Source: Takakia lepidozioides
Taxonomy: Eukaryota > Plantae > Bryophyta
DNA: 64,000 bases
Direction: 5' to 3'
Assembly (NCBI GenBank): GCA_030704615.1
Contig: CM060733.1
Span: forward strand, 31,992,001-32,056,000
In this document: piece by piece, positions 1-12,395 of the stretch
Numbering within the stretch: position 1 is the first letter of the stretch
Layout of the letters: every line of letters begins with the position of its first letter
The notes under the pieces: model-generated
The model's database searches: none
What the model saw: only the letters and a program-made list of their open reading frames with translations
Told to the model about the DNA's origin: nothing
Made by a program: the position numbers and the translations under genes

Positions 1-830
1 TTATAGTAAAAGGTCCGTAGAGGCCATGCAAAGGCAATTGGCTCTTTTTTGAACCTTTGGAAGCTGTCTTTGGCATCTTGTGCACATCGGTTTCGTTCGG
101 TTGGTGTTATGTTGCCCCATTTGACCCACAAATCAACCGAAATAGGGGCCATCAGATTGATGTTGGCCAATGGATGCCACATCATATGGTCATTATTGGC
201 AACCTCAAGCTCAACTGCCCTAGGGGGTAACCGGGGACGAATTGCTGGTTACCTGGTGTAGCCCCTGCAACCCGATCCTGTTCCTCTTGAGAAAGCACGA
301 CCTGATCAAAAAAGTCTTTTACAGCTTCCTTCTCTTCATCCGGTACGTCCATAAAACCCAAAATTGGGTGATTGCTCACTGTGGGTACAAATTCCTTTTC
401 AACAGTGGTCGAGGACTTCTGGGTGGACACAAGTAAGGCATCTTCATTGTTAGCCAGCCGAAGGGCATCCTCAATCGAGGATCCTTTCTTTTCCCAAGCA
501 GCAATCTCAGTTGCATCATCTTCCAATACTTCCAGTAACCTAGAATGGTATTTCTGGAGTTTTTCCAGCCACATCCCATTCTTGTTTACCATAATGCCAA
601 GAGCAACCCAATCCTCCAAAGCTAGTGTTTCAAGTAATAAGACAAGTCGGTTATCACCGGCATCTTCAATAGCTTCAGATTCCAGCTTTTGTACAGCAGC
701 ATGAAATTCACCTGATTTGACTTGTGCAAATGTGGCTTGTACTGCTGGAATAGGAGGGGGCAGGGGCAGCTGATATCCAAGGGCCTTAAGCTCATCTTTC
801 CATTCAGATATGGCCTTGTTGGCTTTCTGC
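1..830 (-). pseudogene. Decayed coding exon of an unidentified protein (one apparent frameshift near 220-240)
   Basis: Open frame from an AG acceptor near 830 (KANKAISEWKDELKALGY...LEDWVALG...) through ORF 182..619; a second frame continues to a stop at 1-3 (AVELEVANNDHMMWHP...). No family recognised. Confidence 0.4.
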
Positions 831-936
831 TAGGCCATACAAGCAACTAGTTAATAAGTCACAATGGTGAGGCAATAACAAGAAAGGAAGACGGTAGATA
901 GTGTGTACAAAAACCACTAAGTACACTGGAACAGGA

Positions 937-2030
937 AGAGTGGGAAGATATTCATGTCATGTCAAGACATGGACAAGACCAACTAGGGTCATTGTCAATT
1001 AAAGACATAAACAGCCCCATGACAGGGCACCATCTAACATTTCCAGTCTTGTCATAACACACCAAGTGACGCCACCCATTCAGTCATGATAAAACAGGGT
1101 GGGAGGGCGGGGTATGTTCATGATCAGATTCCTGTCATGTACCCAAGTGACCCTTATGCACAATATAAGTCAGATTGCAGCCTCAAATTACATCATCCAT
1201 AGTTATCCATAAGATATGCACCATGCAAGATAGCATGGGCGTATAAGAGTATCTTGCCACATTACAGATCCAAGATATGTATACACAAGTACCTTGAGGT
1301 GATCCAAGACAAGCATTATGCAAAGTAGGTAAGAACAATCTGCCTTGCAACACATTCAGTGAGTGTTCACACCGGCAGCAGGAAGGACCAGCCTGCAATT
1401 AATTACACTTCAGGCCTGCCACCAAGTACACTTCTTGGGCAAGGTAAGCCATATTACAGTTTCACATTTGGCCAAATGTAAGCACCCCAAAGCATGCATC
1501 GTGCAAGGCCTTCTGGGTATGTAAGCACAGTCTGTCATTGTATATATTCAGGACTTGTGCACATAGGACTCTTGCATGGAAGAAAGGCCTGCCCTGTCAC
1601 AGCATCCAGATCTGGACACACATACACTTTGAGTGCCCAAGACCAAACCCACTTGGCCAAGATAAATCATACAATGCAGGTGGCTGTTCATATGGCAAAA
1701 TAGAGTAAATAATCATTGGCCAGAGTCCTTTAGAGCTTACCGTCATTGTTTCACAGGAGGCTAATGCCATGTTTTGCAAATAGAACCTCACTATGCTCCA
1801 TTCCACAACAAATCTAGATCTGAAAACGGCCTGTCACTGCCTTATCAGGCTGTCTTCTTTAACAAAACTCAGGTCTCCTCATCCTTAGAGCCAAACAACC
1901 ACTTATGACTTGTCCCTTACACCATCAATCCTCTTTTAAGGCCAAAAAAAAAGTGGAACCTAGTGTAAAAATCCACAGGCAAAGCTGTCAAAGATTCAAG
2001 ACAAGGTAGGATTCACATGCAGTGCTGCAT
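937..2030. mobile_element. Truncated arm of the GGGAAGATA-terminated foldback/TIR element family
   Basis: Near-colinear reverse-complement match to ~60370-61372, including the terminus AGAGTGGGAAGATATTCATGTCATGTCAAGACATGGACAAGACC. Confidence 0.8.
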
Positions 2031-2035
2031 GGGGA

Positions 2036-2138
2036 ATGCTTGCGCGTGAGCCTGGCTAGGCTCACGCCACGTCAGCAAGCATCCACGTGTTCAGGCCCTA
2101 ATTCCGTGCTTACCCCCCCCCCCCCCCCCCCCCCCCCC
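2036..2138. repeat. GC-rich hairpin (2036-2082) followed by a C26 homopolymer (2113-2138)
   Basis: GCGTGAGCCT-ggct-AGGCTCACGC inner stem with ATGCTTGC/GCAAGCAT outer stem, then a poly-C run. Confidence 0.75.
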
Positions 2139-4018
2139 GCGGATCAGCTGTCGCCTATGTCCTAATTTTTTATCCCTCTTCATGGCCCCCACATGAATAT
2201 TCTTTGTGGCCGAGAACAATGGCAGGTTTGCGGATGAATTATGATTGAGGTCATGACTTTGGAATGAGGAGATCGTCCACTAGAGAACTGAATATTAAAA
2301 GCAAACATTTTTTTTGGACAAAGCAGTACATTCATTCCAACACACAAACATTTTTCAATTCCGCAATCCGAAGACCTATCCTAGGCAATCCCTAACTGTA
2401 CTTACGGGAACGCGCAAAGAACTTGAAAAACAGTTTGGAGATGGAAGCAAAACCAAAACACAATTTATTGAGCCTCAATACTTGAACCTAAAGAAATATT
2501 GGAGGTTTCAGAGGAACCACTTCCAGAGTTTACAGCAATATCATCTATGAATACAGCAGCACATCCATGACGTTTTTTTTTCCACAACCTTCATGGAGAT
2601 GCGAATACAGTGTTTGTTCGGATAACATCCGTGCGCAAGCTTCCGCGTAAACCGGCAAGCGGTTGGATCTAGGGGGGCTCGGGGACATGTAGTATCCTTG
2701 GAAACCGAAAGGTGTCTGCTGATTCGATGACTGGTGCTGAACTCTGCAAAGCAAGAAGAGGAATGGTGGTAGATGTTAACATCCAGATATAGACAACAAA
2801 AGCCACTATTTCTCGAATGGGAACGACACAAGGAAATGCAACATATTTTGCACGACTACACAAGAACTTACTCACACTCAAAATCGGAGTCCACGTCCAG
2901 ATCCTCGTCAGGCGCTTCGGGCTCCTCCAGAAGTCCCTCTGTGGATGGGGCAGAAGTAGTGCCCGACTCAAGCTGACGAAGCTCGCTTGAGAAGAGCTCC
3001 GTATCAGCTTCCATGCCGAAGAAGTGCCTTCCGGCGCTCTTGCAAGCATGAAAACATGCTCCTGCAAATCCAAGAAGAACGAGAAATAAAAACAGGGTTT
3101 CCCTAAGGTCACTGCCCATATGTCAAACACAATGTGAAGGGCCCCACCTGTGCCCATAGACAAGTCAACCACTCGTCCACCATGACGGCTGCATGTCTCC
3201 ACCAAAGTCTGCATGAAAGCTAGAGATTTCTCCCGTGCACCTCTCCAAGGGACACCATTCGACCTTTTCATAGTCCGACCCGAGTCGACGTAATTGAAGA
3301 TAACATCATCCTCCACAGGCTTGCAGGTGGGGTCAATGTGAGCTGCAAGGTCCCTCAACTGAAACTCAGCAACACCAGCAGGAAGAGTGTCCTTCCGCCT
3401 CACCAGGCACAAAGCTTCAAACACCCGTGTCTGTCAATAATCACGAAGAGAGAATGAGACAGAAGACATAACCCACCATTTTGATTTACCGAAAAACCAC
3501 GAAACATCAATTGAAAGGAACCAACTCACTTTCTGCCCCGGGAACTCGCCCTTCGTAAGAGGCAGAGTATTGATGCATGTCCAAGTTTTGATGACACGAA
3601 ACCCGGAAGCTTTCATGTAGCTGAAAAGAGTTCTTCGAGCCGACATGTCCTTTGACTGCATGAGAAGAAGAGCCCCCGAGTCCGAAAGGAACTTGTTGCT
3701 GAACGAGAAAGCCCACTGCCAGTAACGAGAATCCGATTTGTTCCAAGTCGGGGTTGAATTGGAAGGAAACACATCAGGGACATGAAAACCGTCAGGAATG
3801 TCCAGCACCACAAGGTCAGTCGCGTATGCCTGCTGAACTCCATTCACCCATTCCGGACTTTTTGTGACCTACAGCCAAAAACATGAGACAGTGTAAGAAG
3901 CCCAATCCAAATCTAACAAGAGATCGATCCCCTAGACAAGCCACAACAAGCTGCCAAAACACAATTATTCATAACTAAACTCCCTGAAGAAGCAGTTGTT
4001 CCAGACAGCGAGCTTCCA

Positions 4019-4744
4019 TGTCGCGGCCCTTTGCCTTGAGGGCAGGGGGTTGGGACACATGAGGGGCTGCCCTTGTGGTGGGGGCAGCGGCAGCGATAGG
4101 TATGGGGGGCTGAAGCACCCTTGAGTGCCCAAGGCACTCAGGGAAGCGGAGGCGCTCACTAGGTGGAGCCCCGCACACCGGGTTGCGGTGGGGGTGGCTC
4201 CACAAGGGGTGGTGGTAGCTTAGTGAGACTTAGTGGGGGTGGCATAGGACTCACCATGAGGGCGGAGACCTCGTGGTGGGAGTCGTGGGGAGTCTTGGGA
4301 CTCATCACGGTCCATAGGGGCCGTGGTGAGCGGGCCAAGACTCACCGCGACTCACCACCGGGAATCGAGGGTCTTCGTGGTGGTTCGCCATAAAATGGCA
4401 TGGCTAGTTGTGAAACCCCCGCGGACAGCTACAGAAGTATATATAGGGAGTAGTAACCCCGAGAACGGTGCAAGCCCGTTGGTGACCAAAAACTAGTGAG
4501 TAAGCGAGCGAGCCGGAAAGCGACCAAAAAGTGGGGAGCTGTTCCGGACTGCCATCTACCAAAGGGAATTCCACTAGGCCCAAATAGGTGGAGGGTCTTT
4601 CGGGAGAGCGAAGGGGGACCGTTATGTCCCGGTGAGCAGCCGAAGCTCCGAGTTGGCCCGGCGGCCAGGTTGGGAGTCAGGCGCGCGCATCAAAGCGAGT
4701 AACTATGACTTGAAGGGGAGCTTACCGAAATGAGGTGCGCGACA
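4019..4744 (+). repeat. 5' LTR (726 bp)
   Basis: TGTCGCG...CGCGACA inverted termini; direct repeat of 10256-10980. Confidence 0.97.
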
Positions 4745-4746
4745 CT

Positions 4747-4758
4747 TGATATCAGAGC
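4747..4758 (+). promoter_or_regulatory. Primer binding site, tRNA-iMet type (one mismatch)
   Basis: TGATATCAGAGC versus canonical TGGTATCAGAGC, 2 nt after the 5' LTR. Confidence 0.85.
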
Positions 4759-4799
4759 TTAAAGTTCAGTACGCGATCGTCCTTGGGTTTGGCCTCATC

Positions 4800-7700
4800 A
4801 TGGGGTCGGGCAAGCCGAAGCGAAAGCGGAACGGCCCAAAAGATGATGATCCTGGTGAGCCCGATGGGGGCGACGTGTCACCAAGGCGGCCGTTTGAGGA
4901 AGCGATGCATGTTTCCGAAAACGAGGCCGCCCAAGAGCGGGAGGAATCCGAGGAGTCGGAGCCCGAGGAATCCTTGAGAGCTCCGACAAACCAAGAGATG
5001 CCTCCCATGCCGGCAGCCTTTTGGGAAGGGTTGTTGGTGCAGTTTGGCAGGACGTTGAAAGACGTGTTGAAGGCGGCTAATGCCACTTCCACTAAGGCAA
5101 AGTTTAAGGTGAAGCCTAAGGAAACCGACACCTTTGAGGGCGTCCGAAATCGGAAGGCACTCAACACCTGGCTCTTGGAGCTAGAGCGGTACTTCTGGGC
5201 GGCCAAGTTGAGTGACGAGGATCGGGTGGAAGTGGCTCCCACCTATTTGAGGGGCTATGCTCAACAATGGTGGCAGAAACGCCTTCACGACCGAGGTCCA
5301 AGCCCGGAAACCTTGAACTGGAGTGGGTTCAAGGAATTGATGAAGAGACAGTTTGTGCCCCTCAACGCGTCCTGGCTCGCCCGAGACAAGATGAGGAATT
5401 TGAACAAACAGATGACATTCGGGGATATGTCCAGGCTTTCAATGTGCTGTTGCTCGAAGTCGCGGACATGGCAGAACCAGAAATGGTCTTCAACTTTGTG
5501 GCGGGACTGGCCCCATGGGCCAGGCGGAAGTTGGAGGAGAAGCCGCCCAAGACTTTGAACGAGGCTATTGAGAGGGCTGAATGTTTCTCAGGGGTGAAAG
5601 ACAAGGCCGTACGGAGCTGAACCACAGAAGATTCGGTGGGAAGGTGACTCCTTCCGACCAGAAAAGAAGTGGGATAGGCCACGCGGCGAAAATGGCATGT
5701 GGAAATCAAAGGGAGGGCCTTCACACGTCAAGGCGGCACCCGGTGCTTCGAAAGGAAAAGCGGGTGGAGCGGCTTATGGCGGACAGAGGGCGACCTTTGA
5801 TGGAGTGTGTTTCAATTGCGGGGAGCCCGGGCACATGGCCAAGAAGTGCACGAAGCCCCGGCAATTGAACATGACTCGGGCGACCACAGAGCTGTCGGAA
5901 GATACCATCAGTCGCTTGGTGGAAGCAGTGGTCACCAGGACTTGCAAGGTAGGCAAATTTTCTTGTGAGTTGTATCAGGAAACTGGCGCCTTACGAGAAG
6001 GGAGTCAATTATTGTTCGTGGATGGGATAATATCCGGAACTAATGTGTCGTTGTTGGTGGACACAAGAGCGTCGCACTCCTTCATGACACCGGCAACGGC
6101 ACAAAAGCTGGGACTCCCGACAAGTGACGTGGGGGCCTCTATTGAGGTGCGTTCTGCCAAAGGAGAACCACAGTTGGCGACAAGGTTGGCGTTTGATGTT
6201 CCTCTTCAACTGGGGAGTTGGGAGGGACGTGAGAACTTCACCATCTGCGAGATCGATGGAGTGGATCTCATTTTGGGGATGACCTTTTTGAGCAAATCCG
6301 GAGCGATCATAGATGGCCGCAAAAGAGTAGTCACGCTGCCATGTGGGAATGGTGGCGAGGTTTTACGAGTGTCAGAAACGCCCAAATCCGTGGGAGGGCG
6401 AATAAACCTTCTGTCAGCAAAGGAGTGGGCCGTGGAGGAGGCACACGAGCCCCAGTTTTTGCTTTACATTAGAGAAGTGAAAGGGGAAGGCGATGGGGAG
6501 CTGAGCCCAGATTGGATCAAGGGGATCTTGGAGAAATACCAGGATGTGATGCCGGAGGATTTACCAAGCGGCTTGCCACCACGAAGAGGAGTTGACCACA
6601 AGATTGAGGTGATACCGGGAACGGAACGGCCTACCAAGGCACCCTACCGGTTGAGCCACAGGGAGTTGGTCGAGCTGAAAACTCAGCTCAAGGATCTAAT
6701 GTCAAAGGGGTACATCCGGCCGAGTAAGTCACCTTACGGAGCCCCGGTGCTATTCGCAGACAAGAAGGATGGGACGCTGCGGATGTGTGTCGATTACAGG
6801 GCTCTGAATAAGGTGACTATCAAAAACCGGTACCCTTTGCCAAGGATCGACGACCTCTTCGATCGGTTGGCAGGAGCGAAGTATTTCAGCCGGATCGACT
6901 TGCGCTCCGGCTATCACCAAATTCGGGTGGCGGAAGGAGATGAGGAGAAGACCGCGTGCAGGACAAGGTATGGTTCATATGAGTTCTTGGTGATGCCTTT
7001 TGGGCTCACCAATGCACCAGCGACATTTAGCACGCTGATGAACAGCCTTTTCCAGGAGTGGTTGGATGACTTTGTGATCGTGTACATCGACGACATCTTG
7101 GTGTACTCGAAAACAAAGGAGAAGCACCTGGAGCACCTCAAAAGGGTGTTCCAAAATTGCGGGAAGGGAAGCTGTATGCCAAAGCTTCAAAGTGCGAATT
7201 CGGGGTCACAAAAGTGGAGTTCCTGGGGCATGTGATTACACAGGATGGGATCAAAATGGATGACAGAAAGGTGAGGGCGATCTTGGACTGGGAGCCTCCG
7301 ACTTCGGTCCCGGGAGTGCGATCCTTCCTAGGACTCGCCTCCTATTACCGGAAGTATGTGAGAAATTTCGCCAAGATCGCGGGGCCGCTGTCGGACCTTC
7401 TGTGTAAATCCAAAGTCTGGGTATGGAACACATTTTGTGGCCAAGCTTTTGCTGAATTGAAGCAGCGGATGACGGAAGCTCCAGTCTTGAAAATCTCGGA
7501 GTTCGATCGTCCGTTTGAGATTCATACAGATGCATCAGACTTCGCGATTGGGGGTGTACTTATGCAAGATGGACGTCCAGTGGCTTACGAAAGTAAGAAA
7601 CTGAATGAAGTGGAGCGACGGTGGCCGATGCACGAAAAAGAGATGAAGGCGGTGGTGCATTGCCTTGAGCTCTGGCGCCACTATGTTGGTTCCAACCCAG

Positions 7701-9348
7701 TGAAGGTGTTCACGGACAATGTCACGGTGAAGTATTTTGCCACGCAGCCCAAGTTGTCCCCAAAACAGCTTAGGTGGCAAGATACTTTGGCAATGTTCGA
7801 CGTGGATATCCAGTACAAACCGGGACGGGACAATGTGGTGGCTGATGCTTTAAGTAGAAAGCAGCAGCTCTTGTTGGTGTACAAGGGCGAGACGGCGCTC
7901 CAAAGGAAGATCCGGAAGGCTGGCGGGAAGGATGAGTTGGCAAAGTCCGTGATGCAGGACTTGAGAATGGGGGTTAAATCGCAGTTCCACTTGCAAAATG
8001 GACTGCTCCGGTATAAGCAAAAACGTCTCTACGTGCCGAAGGGAGGGATCAAGATAGCCTCTTGAGAGAATGCCATGATAGCCCGCTTGCGGGCCACGGC
8101 GGAGCCAAGCGCACTGCGGCACTCTTGAAGAAAGAGTATTTCTAGCCCAAACTGAGGGAGGAGGCAGAGGAGTATGTCAAGACATGCACCACATGCCAAC
8201 AAAACCGGAGCGAGTACAAAAAGCAAGCGGGGCTGTTACAACCCTTGCCGATTCCAGAGGGGACTTGGGAAAGCGTCTCGATGGATTTCATGACTGCTAT
8301 GCCGCTGTCAAAAGGATTCGATGCAATCATGGTGGTGGTGGATAGGTTCAGTAAAATGGGCCATTTCATCCCCACCAAGGAGACGGCAACGGCGCAGGAG
8401 ACAGGGCGACTTTACTTCGCCCACGTCTTAAAGCATCATGGAGTCTCGAAGGATATTGTCTCGGATCGCGATCCAAAGTTTACGAGTAAATTTTGGAGGA
8501 CACTTTGGAAGAAGATGGGGACGAGGCTGAAGATGAGCACCGCCTTCCGACCTACGACGGACGGCCAAACGGAAAGAGTGAATTCCGTAGTGAAGCAATT
8601 CTTGCGGAATTACGTGTCGGCAGACCAATTAGACTGGATGGAACACTTAGACGCGGCAGAGTTCTGTTATAATAACACAGAACACTCCGCAACGGGAGTT
8701 TCCCCTTTCGTATTGGTCTATGGAAAAGCACCTCTGGTGCCGACAAGTTGGGCCGCCCAGGACGTTGAGGAACCGGCAGTAGCGGCGGTACTGGAAGAAC
8801 ACGAGCGGTTGTTGAAGCTCGCAAAGTACAACATTGCCAAAGCTAGGAAACGGTATGAAAGGCAGGCAAATCGGAAGCGGAGGGAAGTGAAGTTTGAGGC
8901 AGGCACAGAGGTCTAGTTGAACATCGAGAATTTCCGACTACCTCCGGAAGTGAGTCCGAAGTTCGTACCTCCGTATGCGGGACCCTTTCGCATTCGGAGG
9001 GTTATGAATGAGGATGTGTATGAATTGGAGCTGCCTGCAAACAGCAAGGTGCACCCAGTATTCCATGTCTCCCTTTTGAAGCCTTACTTCAAAGATGAAG
9101 CGCGTCCGAATCGACATCAAGTGTTGCGTCCGCCACCTATGCTGTTGGATCATGAAAATGAACCTGAGTACGAGGTGGAGGCAATACTTAAGTCGAGGAG
9201 GTTCAGGAACCGAGAAACGGATTATCTCGTCAAATGGAAGGGCTATCATCATGTGGAGGCATCTTGGGTGCGTGCCTCAGAAATGAGAAACGCATTCAAG
9301 GCGGTTGCAGCTTTCGAAGGGCGACCTCAAAAGCGGAAGAAGCGTTGA
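4800..9348 (+). pseudogene. gag-pol polyprotein broken by several frameshifts and stops
   Basis: Retrotrans gag, CCHC knuckle [14 protein letters not shown], protease [10 protein letters not shown] (MPFGL, YIDD), RNase H (TDASD), integrase (SMDF, VSDRD, TDGQTE), chromodomain (EYEVEAIL...YLVKWKGY...SW). Frameshifts near 5400, 5650, 7160 and 8050; in-frame TAG near 8143 and at 8914. Confidence 0.95.
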
Positions 9349-10243
9349 TGAGGACATCAACCTTGGAGCGTGGGGGGAGGAAATGTATGACTAGCCCGGC
9401 TTAGCTAGCTTAGGAATCCGATTACAAAAACTTGTATTGTACAAAAATTTGTTATAAAGGAAATGGGTTCCAAATGTGGTGCGTCCTATTTTGTTTGGAA
9501 TGGTGATGCATGGTATGGTTGGCTATTTTGTTGGAATGCATGCTAGCTTATAAAAGTGGGAGAGGTAAATTGGGTTAATCGTGTGTTTGCGTAGTGCCGA
9601 AATCGGGTGACCCCCATCCAAGGGGCAAGGAAACTTGCGACTTCTTTGGGAATTCACGTGCTAGTGCGCACCTGGCGCGTGCGCGTACTATAACTGCGCT
9701 ACCGAGGGGGTTGCCTTGTAGTGCGGGCTAACGCGGAAGCTACGTGCTTCCGTTCACGTACTATAATCGTGTAGCCTCGGACGAAGTCGTAGTGCGGCTT
9801 CGGCGTGTTCCCGTACCTCAGGCCAGCATTCCAAGGCGGACCCAATTGTAGTGATTGGGGCGCACGGTTGGTTCAAGGTTATCTTCCTAGTCAAAGAGGG
9901 TTCCAGGTGAACCCTTGCTCAAGGTGATGCCAAAAGCGGCATCATGAGCGATCGCAAGCAATGTTGTTGCAGTAAGGCGATTCAATCCTCGGGGAGGATC
10001 GTTCCTTGGCCTTGAAGTAGGCCAAGAAGAGTGCACTGGGAGGAGCTGGAGAGGCTCCACCCTTGGCCGGGACTTGGAGGAAGTCGGCCGAACTAGCTAG
10101 TGGAGAGTAGAGTCAAGTGTGGGGTTTGGTTCTTTGCCATGGGACGCCATGGTACAGAAACAAACTCCTTGATGTGGGACGCCACAACTTGGATGTTCGT
10201 TTCTACAAAATGGACAAGTCGATGAGGACATCGACTCCCTATT

Positions 10244-10255
10244 GGTAGGGGTGTG
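10244..10255 (+). promoter_or_regulatory. G-rich polypurine-tract-like segment abutting the 3' LTR
   Basis: GGTAGGGGTGTG immediately upstream of the 3' LTR TG. Confidence 0.6.
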
Positions 10256-10980
10256 TGTCGCGGCCCTTTGCCTTGAGGGCAGGGGGTCGGGACACATGAG
10301 GGACTGCCCCTGTGGTGGGGCAGCGGCAGTGATAGGTATGGGGGGCTGAAGCACCCTTGAGTGCCCAAGGCACTCGGGGAAGCGGAGGCGCTCACTAGGT
10401 GGAGCCCCGCACACCGGGTTGCGGTGGGGGTGGCTCCACAAGGGGTGGTGGTAGCTTAGTGGGACTTAGTGGGGGTGGCATAGGACTCACCATGAGGGCG
10501 GAGACCTTGTGGTGGGAGTCGTGGGGAGTCTTGGGACTCATCACGGTCCATAGGGGCCGTGGTGAGCGGGCCAAGACTCACCGCGACTCACCACCGGGAA
10601 TCGAGGGTCTTCGTGGTGGTTCGCCATAAAATGGCATGGCTAGTTGTGAAACCCCCGCGGACAGCTACAGAAGTATATATAGGGAGTAGTAACCCCGAGA
10701 ACGGTGCAAGCCCGTTGGTGACCAAAAACTAGTGAGTAAGCGAGCGAGCTGGAAAGCGACCAAAGAGTGGGGAGCTGTTCCGGACTGCCATCTACCAAAG
10801 GGAATTCCACTAGGCCCAAATAGGTGGAGGGTCTTTTGGGAGAGCGAAGGGGGACCGTTATGTCCCGGTGAGCAGCCGAAGCTCCGAGTTGGCCCGGCGG
10901 CCAGGTTGGGAGTCAGGTGCGCGCATCAAAGCGAGTAACTATGACTTGAAGGGGAGCTTACCGAAGTGAGGTGCGCGACA
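10256..10980 (+). repeat. 3' LTR (725 bp)
   Basis: Differs from the 5' LTR by 12 substitutions and one 1-bp indel by manual count. Confidence 0.97.
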
Positions 10981-12395
10981 TTCCATCTCCTGATATAGGC
11001 CTCCAGTGTGATCCGGGGACAAGCCATCTGGATTTTGTAGTCTGCCATCGACTCAGCAAGTGCAGCCACTGCACGTTTTTCTAACTGCAACAAGAAAGCT
11101 CGTAAGAATTTGGGAGAGGTTACGGAGCAACACAAATGTCTGAAAATGGTTTGGTTCAAACCTTACCTGGCTCCAGAATGTGGCTTTGTGTAGCCACTGA
11201 TCGAATGTGTGGTCGCTAACAACTCTTATTGCTTGTGTCTTCGGGTCCCTCTCTGGAGTTGGGAACATATTCGTGTCTCTCACAAGAGGATCCGAATTCC
11301 ATATCTCCAACCACCTGATTTTGGTTGCATTGTCCACCATTGAAATGGAAAAGCGATGTAGTTTCTCTTGAGTCATTTCTGGCTTGGAGCCATACTTGTC
11401 ATAGTGTGCTTTCACCTGCTCCAGAAATTCCGTGCCAAGACCTGGGTCTGCTATCCGGATCTGTTTGTCAAATGCACTCATGAGGTTCTTCCTTTGATTT
11501 TTCATCTCGAACTTCATCATGTCCTCAAGCCCAGTTGTAGACCGCTGCTCTTCTGTGTGGGAATCATAGTACTCTGCTTTCGCCTTCAATCCAGTTTCTG
11601 CTATTTCTTGCTGCATACATAACAGGTAAATAGAATCAAACACTGGAATTTCTTCACAAAATTTGCAGTAAGAACAGGCAAACAGATGTCAAAAAGCTTA
11701 CAGTGTACATGTACTCAAGAAAAGCCTCCCTTGTCAAGCTGTACCATGTGCTTGTCTTCTTCTCAGCACACCTCTTCATCTGCTGAGGACTGAGCACGTT
11801 CGTGAATGACTCCAGTGGCATCAGCCCTACCTTCTGGATGCGGAATAGAGTGTGGCACAGATTGGTCGTCACATGAGATGTTTCATTGGACCTGGAAAAA
11901 CCTCATAAGATGATTTCAAATTGTCGAAACAAGGAACAGACACAAAGTTGGAAACTTACTTGTTTATGTCGTGCATGGCTGTCAAGAGCTGCGTGACACG
12001 TCCTTTGTGATCGAGAACCATAGAAACCACGCTCCAGTGCCATTCGATGTCATCCGAGTGCAAGCTTGAAATGTAATCCATCCAGGCAAGCAGTCTGTGG
12101 TTCCCATCCCAGACCAAAAACATCTTTCCCATGAATGCTTTTGTGGAGGCCTTTTTGGACAGCAAATACCGGACAAAAAGGGGAATATATCCCCGGCCTC
12201 GGAATCTTGGTGGAGATGGGGGGCATGATTTCTGTTGCTATGGATGTATGAACTAATGATTTTCAGGTGCTGGTGTTGTGCAGGAGCATAAGGTACAGCC
12301 ATTAGCAAGCACGATGGAGGCGGCTTACACTCCTTGCTTCGTCGTTTTTGTTTTTGGTTTGTGCAAACTTGTCTTGATTTTGTCTGTTGTGCACG

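Larger units (their letters stand above)
4019..10980 (+). mobile_element. Full-length Ty3/gypsy chromovirus LTR retrotransposon (decayed)
   Basis: TG...CA LTRs, TTCCA TSD at 4014-4018 and 10981-10985, PBS, gag-PR-RT-RH-INT-chromodomain order. Confidence 0.97.
2868..12165 (-). pseudogene. ParB/Srx-like + beta-class N4C/N6A DNA methyltransferase-like gene (paralog B), 5'-truncated and interrupted by the LTR retrotransposon
   Basis: Exons inferred from GT-AG sites: ~12165-11960 (VWDGNHRLLAW), 11891-11702, 11610-11167, 11084-10981 | LTR insertion | 4013-~3985, 3868-3530 (DLVVLDIPDG), 3430-3148 (REKSLAFMQTLVETCSRHGGRVVDLSMGTG), 3061-2868 (ACFHACKSAGRHFFGMEAD...). Frame reads IRRW-KLAVW across the TTCCA TSD. 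The donor near 3985 is not canonical. Confidence 0.75.

Noticed and set aside
3913-4702. Short ORFs in the LTRs (also 10093-10938)
   Set aside because: GC-rich LTR sequence duplicated in both LTRs, with no protein motifs.
5390-8060. Programmed frameshifting in gag-pol
   Set aside because: Multiple shifts inside conserved domains plus in-frame stops indicate decay.
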